This document shows positions 1 through 7,949 of a stretch of DNA of 64,000 nucleotides, in pieces (within the stretch, counting starts at the first letter, position 1; every line of letters begins with the position of its first letter). Under the pieces are notes generated by a model. It was not told the origin of the DNA. It searched no databases and worked only from the letters and a program-made list of their open reading frames with translations. The DNA is from Christensenellaceae bacterium (GTDB lineage: Bacteria; Bacillota; Clostridia; Christensenellales; Borkfalkiaceae). Position numbers and translations under genes: made by a program. The stretch lies in contig JAZRIO010000017.1 in the NCBI GenBank assembly GCA_045645305.1, positions 10,396 to 74,395 on the forward strand. The letters are read 5' to 3'.

Positions 1-350
1 ACTGCAACAGCGCCGATGATTGTTCCTGCAAGACCAAAACCACGCCAGTTATCATCTTTACGTTTGCATTGGCAAAGACCAACGAGCGAAACGATAAAGC
101 CTGCTAATGAGAAAAGGCAAAGGTCGTTAAATAAAAAGATGTAACTAATAAAAGAAAGTATAAAACCAACCAAACAACAAACGTTGTTCTTTTTTTGTTG
201 GGGTTGGGTGTTGTACGAACAAGTGGGTTGGGGCGTAGAGCAATCATCAAAAAAACCTTTAGTTTCTTCTTTAACTTCTACCGCACTGCCACAAGAAGGG
301 CAAAATTTAGCATCACTAGCAAGTTCTTTTCCGCAATATCTACAAAACAT
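1..350 (-). CDS. zinc-ribbon domain membrane protein (3' end runs off the window)
   Basis: Not in ORF track because it is open at the window edge. The reverse strand from ATG (348-350) reads MFCRYCGKELASDAKFCPSCGSAVEV..., i.e. CxxC...CxxC, followed by hydrophobic segments. GGAGG at 359-363 lies 8 nt upstream. Confidence 0.6.
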   Translation of the reverse strand, partial: MFCRYCGKELASDAKFCPSCGSAVEVKEETKGFFDDCSTPQPTCSYNTQPQQKKNNVCCLVGFILSFISYIFLFNDLCLFSLAGFIVSLVGLCQCKRKDDNWRGFGLAGTIIGAVA

Positions 351-402
351 AATATTTACCTCCAATGATATTATTATACTCCGCGAAAAAATATTTGTCA
401 AG

Positions 403-446
403 AAAAAAGCCTCTTTCAAGGTTTTCCCTAGCAAGAGGCATAAAAA
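403..446 (-). terminator. intrinsic terminator downstream of rnpB
   Basis: Stem gcctctt (409-415) / aagaggc (433-439), followed on the minus strand by a U-run (plus-strand A-run 403-408). Confidence 0.6.
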
Positions 447-451
447 ACTTC

Positions 452-795
452 AAGTCGGTCTGTAAGCCGAGTTCTGTCGTGTACGGTCATTTATCTACGA
501 ATAACGTCTCCGTTATCCCCTAGCGATATTTGTTAAACCATTTCTAAAGAAGCGATGGATGAAATGGTTTGTCAATCTTGCTACGGGTGGGGTTTACATA
601 TGCCCCTCGCGTTACCGCAAGGGCGGTGTGCTCTTACCACGCCTTTTCACCCTTACCAGAATCTGGCGGTTGTTTTCTGTTGCACTTTCCTTAAAGTCAC
701 CTTCACCGGGATTTCTCCGGCACCCTGCTTCTTTGTAGCTCGGACTTTCCTCATTGACAGGCTCTCCCTGCCCCCGCGACCGTATAACCGACTTA
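452..795 (-). ncRNA. rnpB: RNase P RNA, bacterial type A
   Basis: The reverse strand contains GAGGAAAGTCCGAGC, GGGTGCCGG, GTGCAACAGAAAACAACCGCC, GGTAAGGGTGAAAAGGCGTGGTAAGAGCACACCG, GTAAACCCCACCCGTAGCAAG and ACGACAGAACTCGGCTTACAG. These are collinear with the E. coli M1 RNA conserved blocks. P1 can form between aagtcggt (5') and accgactt (3'). Ends are approximate (+/-10 nt). Confidence 0.85.
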
Positions 796-1028
796 AAAGC
801 AAGTACGATTATACAACAATAAAACGCGCTTGTCAACAATATTTAAAAAGCAAAAAGACAATCAAAATTGCTTTTAATCGTCTTTTTACTAAATTTTTTT
901 AAGGTTCTTCCTTACAAGTGTTAAGTTTTTTCTACAGATCGTCAGCATCTTGTATAGGTTTTTCATACTTATCAAAAGCGTTTACGCCCGTATAAGAACC
1001 TTGCGAATCAAAACTCGATTCAAAATTG

Positions 1029-1136
1029 TTATTTACAATTCTTAGCGTCATTGGCTTTAGCAGTCTTTGACTTGTTTTGAGTTTGAGTTTGATTTTGGCT
1101 TTTGCTAGCCGTTCTGTTACTTTTCTTATCTCTCAT
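1029..1136 (-). CDS. small hydrophilic protein, 35 aa (SASP-like composition), hypothetical
   Basis: Below the ORF-track size cutoff. It reads MRDKKSNRTASKSQNQTQTQNKSKTAKANDAKNCK with GGGGGA 4-5 nt upstream of the ATG. It lies downstream of the terminator of the preceding gene. Composition only, no homology checked. Confidence 0.3.
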   Translation of the reverse strand: MRDKKSNRTASKSQNQTQTQNKSKTAKANDAKNCK

Positions 1137-1253
1137 AATTTCCCCCTTGATAATATTGTGTGCCGAACGAAAAAGTTTATACAAACTATTAAAGGAAAAT
1201 TATGGAAAAAGAGCAAACGAATTTTCGCTTGCTCTTTATATATTGTTTAAGAT

Positions 1254-2078
1254 TTATCTCACGCCGATTCTTGTTGCTTTTGCCTTGCCAGATAAAATAT
1301 CGCCAATTGTGTTCTTTGCTGAAGCAATGATAACTTCCGTGCCGATTTTAACCGCTTCTTTTACGTATTCAAGTTTTGCTTTTGCGCCGTTAGCACCCAC
1401 GCGTGATGCGCCGTTGCAATAATTTTCACACTCGGTAATGTTATCCAAAACTTCATAGATATCTTTACCGCTAATTTCACTAATAAGTGTGGTGGGGTCG
1501 GTACTATCGCGGTAAATACCATCCGCACTTGTCAATATCAGCAAGGTTTTGGCTTTAAGCAAACACGCGATTTGGGTTGCCGTTTCATCGTTATCCACAC
1601 ACTCAACAACGTTTTGGTGGTCTTCTTTTAAGGACTGAATTTCAAAACGGCGAATTTCTTCAGTGCTAATCGCGTCGTTATAGTTAATAATAGGAATAGC
1701 CTTTTGTTCTATCGCGCGAAGAAGCAAGCCTTTAAGGTGTTCTCTCTTTTGCGCATCGTTAAAGTGTTGGTGCTCAACCAAAACTTGCCTTACCGAATAA
1801 GCAGGGTCTATAAATTGACGGTAGGTAGACATAAGGATAGATTGGCCTTGTGCCGAATAGTCTGTTTTAACGTCTTCAGGAGAGCCGACAAGTTCCTTGC
1901 CGTTGCGGTGGATATAATCAAGCCTTCCCGTTTCGGTTGCGCCCGAAGTAACCCAAACATATCCGGGTTTAAGTTCAGAAGATATTCTTGCGATCAAGGT
2001 GTAATCTAAAATATTGCTTTTTTTGTCGATGAGCGCCATCGAACCGATTTTGCCCACGAGTTGTACATCAAAATTCAT
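1254..2078 (-). CDS. amino acid kinase family protein (glutamate 5-kinase-like, no PUA domain)
   Basis: 274-aa ORF collinear with ProB blocks: VTSGA, NYNDAIST.EI, DNDETA, LLILTSADGIY, and a C-terminal G.EVIIAS....I.D.L.G. Confidence 0.65.
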   Translation of the reverse strand: MNFDVQLVGKIGSMALIDKKSNILDYTLIARISSELKPGYVWVTSGATETGRLDYIHRNGKELVGSPEDVKTDYSAQGQSILMSTYRQFIDPAYSVRQVLVEHQHFNDAQKREHLKGLLLRAIEQKAIPIINYNDAISTEEIRRFEIQSLKEDHQNVVECVDNDETATQIACLLKAKTLLILTSADGIYRDSTDPTTLISEISGKDIYEVLDNITECENYCNGASRVGANGAKAKLEYVKEAVKIGTEVIIASAKNTIGDILSGKAKATRIGVR

Positions 2079-2139
2079 AAGTATACCTATTTATTGTTAA
2101 TTTATTTATATTATATATCAAAAGATAAAATTATTCAAC

Positions 2140-3411
2140 TTATTTAGATAAAAGATTTAATATCGCGCGTTTATAAATGTCAAAAGAAAGCAACAAGTCT
2201 TCAACCGAAATATGCTCGTTTGCGTCGTGGATATTATAGTTTTTATCGGGAAATTCAGGGCCAAACGCACAGCCTTTGTTAAAAGCGCGTGCAAAAGTGC
2301 TTCCGCCCAAACTTATGGGTGTTGCGCTTTCGCCCGTAGCCGAATTATAGGCGGATAAAAGGCAATCTACAAACCAACCGTTCTTTTCCACCATAACCGA
2401 TGGGTGTTTTTCTACCGCCGTGTAAGGCAAATTGAACTTATCAAAGGTTGATAAAAGGTCGGTTGTTTGTAAAGGGGCGGGTATTCTGCAGTCGCAAACG
2501 ATTTTAATTTTGCCGTTTTCTTCAATCAAAAGGTCGGGCGATAAAGTTACCTTGCCTTGTTCGTTTTCTATTAGTGAAATGTCGCCCTTATCATAGAACA
2601 AATAGTCAACGATATTTTTAACATCTTCACCCATATCCAAAAAGTATTCGAAAAGGGCCTTTAACGCGTTTATACCAAGGTGTGGGCAAGAGCCGTGAGC
2701 AGCCTTTCCCCTGCTTTCGATAACACCGTTATTTAAGGTCAAGCCGTGTTTTTTAAGAAGAGCAATATCTATACCTTTATCGGTGGGGGTGGCTTGGGCA
2801 AAGTCGCAAACGGCATTTACTACCGTGCCACCTTTTAGGTTAGAAAAGTTTTTGAGCGCGGGGATAGTAAAGGTTGCAATGGTTATCCCTTTTTCCGCAT
2901 AACTTAACGGGAAGTTGCCATCGGGCGAAAAGCCGTATTCGGGAAGAGTTGTTTTTGTTTTGATATAATCAATATCTCTCCACCCGCTCTCTTCATCACA
3001 GCCTACGATTAACCTAATCTTGCGGTTAGGTTTAACTCCGATTTGTTTAATTTCTCTTAAAGCATAAAGGCATTGCAATGGGGCGGTTTTATCATCAACG
3101 ATACCGCGTGCGTATAAAACGCCATCCTTTTCGGTCAATGTAAAGGGGTCGCTTTCCCAACCGATACCTGTGGGCACAACATCAAGGTGACCGATAATAC
3201 CAACTTCTTCACCTTCGCCAAAGATAATTTCCCCGCCATAGTTATCGTAATTTATTGTTTCAAAACCGAACTTTTTTGCAAGCGATAAGATAAAGGAAAG
3301 AGCCAAAGCATTTTGCTCGCCAAAGGGCATATCCTTTTTACTTTCGCCAAGCACACTCTTAAAGGAAAGAAGGTGTTTTAAGTCGGTTAAAAATTCGTTA
3401 TAATATAGCAT
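2140..3411 (-). CDS. M20 family metallo-dipeptidase (PepV/Sapep-like)
   Basis: 423-aa ORF with GHLDVVP...W..DPF, the GCDEESGW metal-ligand motif and a C-terminal HDANEH. Confidence 0.8.
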   Translation of the reverse strand: MLYYNEFLTDLKHLLSFKSVLGESKKDMPFGEQNALALSFILSLAKKFGFETINYDNYGGEIIFGEGEEVGIIGHLDVVPTGIGWESDPFTLTEKDGVLYARGIVDDKTAPLQCLYALREIKQIGVKPNRKIRLIVGCDEESGWRDIDYIKTKTTLPEYGFSPDGNFPLSYAEKGITIATFTIPALKNFSNLKGGTVVNAVCDFAQATPTDKGIDIALLKKHGLTLNNGVIESRGKAAHGSCPHLGINALKALFEYFLDMGEDVKNIVDYLFYDKGDISLIENEQGKVTLSPDLLIEENGKIKIVCDCRIPAPLQTTDLLSTFDKFNLPYTAVEKHPSVMVEKNGWFVDCLLSAYNSATGESATPISLGGSTFARAFNKGCAFGPEFPDKNYNIHDANEHISVEDLLLSFDIYKRAILNLLSK

Positions 3412-3531
3412 TAAGCACCTCTAACAAAACTTTCTCTTTACAGTATACTATATTTTAAATTTAAATGTACAGATTTAGCAAAAATAAATTTTTTATTTTG
3501 CTTTTTCTAAAATTTGTGTTACAATTATTAT

Positions 3532-4272
3532 ATGGAAAACCAACCTAATCTCCACCAAGGACACAGGTCGCGTATGTTTAGCAAATTAGTATGCTACCCC
3601 GATTCACTTTTGGAGCACGAACAATTAGAAATATTGTTATACTATGCCGTACCACGCACTGACACCAACCCTCTCGCTCACAAAATACTAAAAGCGTTTG
3701 GCTCGCTTGAAGCGGTGTTCAAAGCAAGTATAGCCGAACTTAAAACGGTTGAAGGCGTGGGTGACAAAGTTGCATCTCTTTTGTTTTTAGCGGGAGAGAT
3801 GGCAAGGGCAACCTTAAATAAAGAGCCAATTTATCTCGCTTCTCCCGAAAAGTGCAAAGAATATGTTATCAATATGTTTAAGGGGGAAAAGGTTGAAAGG
3901 TTTTACTTATTGCTACTTGACGATAAGAAAAAGTTGATTGCAAAAACTGAGTTCACCGATAAGCATAAGGACTCTGTTAGTGCAGATATCCCCGAACTTT
4001 CAAGGGCGCTATACTTACACAAGCCAACCTATGCAATAGTTACGCACAATCACCCGAGTGGAATTATGTATCCAAGCATGGAAGATGATGTTGCGACAAA
4101 GAAAATAAACTTGTTATGTTCTATTACAGGCACAACCTTGGCAGACCACATAATATACGCGGATAAGCAAGCCTTTTCTTACCGTTTAAGCGGTAGAATT
4201 GAAGATATAAAAGATACTGCAAATATAGATAAAATGTTGAAATCCTTACAAGGAGAGAATATAGATGGATAA
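3532..4272 (+). CDS. radC: RadC-family JAB/MPN domain protein
   Basis: HNHPSG JAMM motif, HhH-like N-terminal region (LAHKILKAFGSLEAV) and HRSRMF near the N-terminus. The ATG at 3532 is preferred over the track start at 3514 because a TGnTACAAT -10 sits at 3517-3525. Confidence 0.85.
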   Translation: MENQPNLHQGHRSRMFSKLVCYPDSLLEHEQLEILLYYAVPRTDTNPLAHKILKAFGSLEAVFKASIAELKTVEGVGDKVASLLFLAGEMARATLNKEPIYLASPEKCKEYVINMFKGEKVERFYLLLLDDKKKLIAKTEFTDKHKDSVSADIPELSRALYLHKPTYAIVTHNHPSGIMYPSMEDDVATKKINLLCSITGTTLADHIIYADKQAFSYRLSGRIEDIKDTANIDKMLKSLQGENIDG

Positions 4273-5707
4273 AAAAATTAGAACAAGATTTGCCCCCAGC
4301 CCTACGGGTTATTTGCATATTGGCGGGCTTCGCACTGCACTCTACGGCTTTTTGTTTGCCAAGAAAGGCGGTGGCGATTTCGTTTTGAGAATTGAAGACA
4401 CTGACACAGCAAGATATGTTGACGGGTCTGTTCAAATTATATACGACACAATGCGCGATTCGGGTATTATGTATGATGAAGGGCCCGATGTGGGCGGTGA
4501 TTATGGCCCCTATGTTCAAAGTGAAAGAAAGGCGCTCTATACCGAATACGCAAAAAAACTTGTTGAACTTGGTGGCGCATACTATTGTTTTTGTGACCAA
4601 GAAAGAGTTGAGTCCTTAAAAGATGAAACAGGCAATATCCGTTATGACAAGCATTGCTTGAAACTTTCTAAGGAAGAAATTGAAAGAAAGATTGCAAACG
4701 GAGAAAAATTCGTTATTCGCCAAAACGTTCCCACCGAAGGCACGGGCTCTTATCACGACCTTGTTTACGGAGATATTAGCGTAGACTATAAAGATATTGA
4801 AGACGGTATTTTGATTAAGAGTGACGGTATGCCGACTTATAACTTTGCAAACGTTATTGATGACCACCTTATGGGTATCACCCACGTTATTAGGGGAACG
4901 GAATATCTTTCTTCAACACCCAAATATAACCTTATGTATGATGCTTATGGTTGGGAAAGACCTGTTTATATCCACCTTCCCCCCATTATGAAAGATGCGC
5001 AACACAAACTCTCTAAGAGAAACGGTGATGCAAGTTATGAAGATTTTGTTAACAAGGGATACGTTAAGGAAGCAATTGTAAACTATATTGCTCTTCTCGG
5101 TTGGAGCCCCAAGGGCAACCAAGAAAAAATGAGTTTATCTGAACTTATCGAAAACTTCTCGTTAGAAGGTATCGGCAAGTCATCAGCAATCTTTGATGAA
5201 GCAAAGATGAAATGGCTCTCTGGCGAATATATTAAGGCTATGACCGATGAAGAATTGGTGGAAAAAGCCGATAAATTCTTCAAAGAAAGCAAGGTTTACG
5301 GCAAGTATGACCTTAAGAAGATAGCCGCTCTCTTAAAGCCGAGAATTGAAATTTTCAGCGAAATTCCTGAAAAGATTAACTTCCTTGAAGAGTTTGGCGA
5401 ATATGACGTCGCACTCTATACCCATAAGAAGATGAAGACGGATGCGGAAATTGCAAAAGTTGTTCTTCCCAAGGCAAGAGAAGTTATTGCTGGCTTAAAC
5501 GAGTTCACTTTCCAATCAATCCACGATGCGTTGATGGCGCTTGTTGCGGAAATGGGCGTTAAGAACGGCCAAGTGTTCTGGTGCGTGCGCGTTGCTATCT
5601 CTGGCAAAGAGTCAACCGCTGGTGGCGTTATGGAAATTGCCGAACTTTTGGGCAAAGAAGAAACCTTGAGACGACTTGATTATTCAATCGAACTCTTAAA
5701 TAAATAA
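4265..5707 (+). CDS. gltX: glutamate--tRNA ligase
   Basis: Class I signatures: PSPTGYLHIGG (HIGH) and KLSKRNG (KMSKS). 480 aa. GGAGAG SD. Overlaps the radC stop by 8 nt. Confidence 0.95.
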   Translation: MDKKIRTRFAPSPTGYLHIGGLRTALYGFLFAKKGGGDFVLRIEDTDTARYVDGSVQIIYDTMRDSGIMYDEGPDVGGDYGPYVQSERKALYTEYAKKLVELGGAYYCFCDQERVESLKDETGNIRYDKHCLKLSKEEIERKIANGEKFVIRQNVPTEGTGSYHDLVYGDISVDYKDIEDGILIKSDGMPTYNFANVIDDHLMGITHVIRGTEYLSSTPKYNLMYDAYGWERPVYIHLPPIMKDAQHKLSKRNGDASYEDFVNKGYVKEAIVNYIALLGWSPKGNQEKMSLSELIENFSLEGIGKSSAIFDEAKMKWLSGEYIKAMTDEELVEKADKFFKESKVYGKYDLKKIAALLKPRIEIFSEIPEKINFLEEFGEYDVALYTHKKMKTDAEIAKVVLPKAREVIAGLNEFTFQSIHDALMALVAEMGVKNGQVFWCVRVAISGKESTAGGVMEIAELLGKEETLRRLDYSIELLNK

Positions 5708-5716
5708 ACAATAAAA

Positions 5717-5749
5717 TAAAACCCACTGCTAAATGCGGTGGGTTTTTCT
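5717..5749 (+). terminator. intrinsic terminator after gltX
   Basis: Stem acccactgc / gcggtgggt followed by TTTTT. Confidence 0.6.
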
Positions 5750-6304
5750 TTATGCGAGTATACTGTTTGTTGTGCTGTTTAAGGCGGTGAATTTTTCTAT
5801 ACCGCTTGATATAACATTTGCCATTTTATAAACAAGATTTAGTCTGGTTAGGTTAAAAAGATTATAGTTTTGAACCGACTTTTCTGCAACAATACCGATG
5901 ATACTTATATCACCTATTGAGCCGAGTTTTTTATCTACCCCAAGCCCTGGTTTAATTCCACCCTTAATAACTTTTATAAGCCCAACGTCATCAGGGCTTC
6001 CTACGGCAGCGTCAACGGCAATAATGGTGGAGTTTGGGTGAAGTTGCTTTATGTGTGTTCTAATGCACCCTATTTCTTTTGCCGTTACCGGAAAGGAAAG
6101 AGTGCCGTATATATAGGCGGATAAATTCTTGTTTGTGCAAAAAGTGCCAACGAGTGGGCCCATACTATCCCCAAGCACCAAGTCGCTTCCTATACAAACG
6201 AACACGGGTGGTTTTTCGGGGTGAGAAAAATTTTTCAAGGAATCGGCAATGCCGTCGCTTGCATATTTGTTAAAAAGGTTAAAGGTAAATGAAAATTGTT
6301 CCAT
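5750..6304 (-). CDS. yyaC: spore protease YyaC-like (GPR/hydrogenase-maturation protease fold)
   Basis: 184 aa. The VCIGSDLVLGDSMGPLVG and IIAVDAAVG motifs are typical of YyaC. GGAG SD. Confidence 0.75.
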   Translation of the reverse strand: MEQFSFTFNLFNKYASDGIADSLKNFSHPEKPPVFVCIGSDLVLGDSMGPLVGTFCTNKNLSAYIYGTLSFPVTAKEIGCIRTHIKQLHPNSTIIAVDAAVGSPDDVGLIKVIKGGIKPGLGVDKKLGSIGDISIIGIVAEKSVQNYNLFNLTRLNLVYKMANVISSGIEKFTALNSTTNSILA

Positions 6305-6457
6305 AATAACTCCAAATAAAAATTACCCTTTATTTATTGACAAAATCAAAAATTTTATACAAAGTAAAAAAACCGTTGATAAATTATTAAAAGTGTGGTA
6401 ACATTATTATAAACACTACCAATCGAAAGCGAACGTTTGTTCGCAAAAAGGATATTT

Positions 6458-7207
6458 ATGCAAAATCTTTTATTAGCAACGAGTGGTGGCGCAATAGTTG
6501 ATATCGTAGCGCTAGTGTTTATCGCGCTGTTTACGATACGTGGTTTTGTTAAAGGTTTTGCAAAAACCTTTATATCGGTGTTTGGAACGCTGTTTAGTTT
6601 ACTGTTTGCCGTGCTATTATGTTCGGCAGTGGCAAACTTTTTAGAAAGCGAGTATTCGCTCGTTACAAACACGGCTGAAAAAGTGAGCGGTTCGCTAAAC
6701 AAAATATTTGGCGAAGAAGTTATGAACTCCACCCTTGGTGTTGCAACTGAAAACGCCTTAAAGGATGCTGGAGTTGGCGGTTGGCTTATTTCTATAATAC
6801 TTGCCTTTAAATCTGACGGCAGTATTCCATTTTCAACCCCGCTTAGTGAACTTATTTGCCCCACGTTCGCATATTATATTGTAATTGCCATCACCGTAAT
6901 AATATTATTTATTATATTCAAAATCATATTCTTCCTTATAGGAGAACTTGTCAAAAAATTATACGCAATTAAACTAATAGAGAAAACTGATAGAGCGCTT
7001 GGTCTTTTAAGCGGTTTGGTATGCGGAGTAATCTATTTAGAACTCTTGATTATGCTTATAGCATTTATGCCGTTTATGCAAAACATTTATGCCCACATAC
7101 AAGCATCGCACATAGCAAAGTTTGTTGAAAATATAAACTTGTTTAGCAAACTGATCAGCGTAATATCTATTGGAGATATCGTAAGTTTCGTAAAATCAAT
7201 AATTTAA
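6458..7207 (+). CDS. cvpA: CvpA-family integral membrane protein
   Basis: Multi-TM protein with the CvpA-like N-terminus VDIVALVFIALFTIRGFVKGF. The ATG at 6458 has an AAAGGA SD; the track start 6437 is probably too early. Confidence 0.7.
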   Translation: MQNLLLATSGGAIVDIVALVFIALFTIRGFVKGFAKTFISVFGTLFSLLFAVLLCSAVANFLESEYSLVTNTAEKVSGSLNKIFGEEVMNSTLGVATENALKDAGVGGWLISIILAFKSDGSIPFSTPLSELICPTFAYYIVIAITVIILFIIFKIIFFLIGELVKKLYAIKLIEKTDRALGLLSGLVCGVIYLELLIMLIAFMPFMQNIYAHIQASHIAKFVENINLFSKLISVISIGDIVSFVKSII

Positions 7208-7328
7208 CCTATAAAAACTCCAAAAAAGCACAATAAATGCATATTTTGGGGTTTTTTATTGCCTTTTTAACTAAATTGCAAGAATAAAGGGATAACAAAT
7301 CTTTACAAAAGCCATTTTCTACAACCTT

Positions 7329-7344
7329 TGTTTCACGTGAAACA
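7329..7344. promoter_or_regulatory. parS: parS centromere-like site (perfect 16-bp palindrome TGTTTCACGTGAAACA)
   Basis: Exact match to the Firmicute parS consensus TGTTNCACGTGAAACA. Confidence 0.85.
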
Positions 7345-7369
7345 TACCCCTTTGAAAAAACCTACAAGT

Positions 7370-7385
7370 TGTTTCACGTGAAACA
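7370..7385. promoter_or_regulatory. parS: parS centromere-like site, second copy
   Basis: Identical 16-mer TGTTTCACGTGAAACA, 41 bp from the first copy (start to start). Confidence 0.85.
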
Positions 7386-7949
7386 TTGACTTCGTGGTTT
7401 TGTCAAAGTTTGCGTAAAATCTATAAAAAGTTGCCCTTGTGAGACAAAATGGCTGAAAAAATTCCCTAGAAAAATTTTTACCTATTCTCTGTGAGAGCGT
7501 TAAAATGACAATTTTTAAAACCAACAATTTTACCCGTTTATTAACCCTTGGCAGTTTTAGTGAGAGGCGAAACTAAAAATCATTATCCTTTTATTCTATT
7601 TCTTTGGGTAGGTTAGGGACAACTAAAGGTTGAGACGGGTGTTAGGTGTTTTTGGAATATTAATAATTTGATGCGCGGAAAACAATATTAAAATTGCGCT
7701 CTGATAAAAACTAGTGCAAAGACTTATTGCGCTTTTAAGGCTTGAAAATGGCGCAAAAATAACGTGGTTGGCGCAAAAAATATTGTCGATTTTTTCTCTA
7801 TTTCTATTGTATTTTAAACTAAAATAGTGTATAATAAATAATAGATTAGTAGACAATTATAAAAGCATGTTTTCGCAAGAGAAATTCAAGGTTTTTTTAA
7901 CATTGATTTGCTATAATATTTTTAACTAAAAAAAGAGAGGACCGATAAA

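Noticed and set aside
184-902. Track ORFs 184-465(+), 555-902(+) and 612-839(-)
   Set aside because: They overlap the antisense of the zinc-ribbon gene or lie inside the RNase P RNA gene. They have no SD, and their peptides are composition artefacts of a structured RNA.
7553-7580. gttttagtgagaggcgaaactaaaa, reminiscent of a type II CRISPR repeat/tracrRNA start
   Set aside because: It is a single copy with no repeat-spacer periodicity anywhere in the window and no cas genes. It is just a small hairpin.
7207-7949. Possible oriC next to the parS sites
   Set aside because: I found no TTATCCACA/TGTGGATAA DnaA boxes and no dnaA gene in the window. An AT-rich spacer alone is insufficient.
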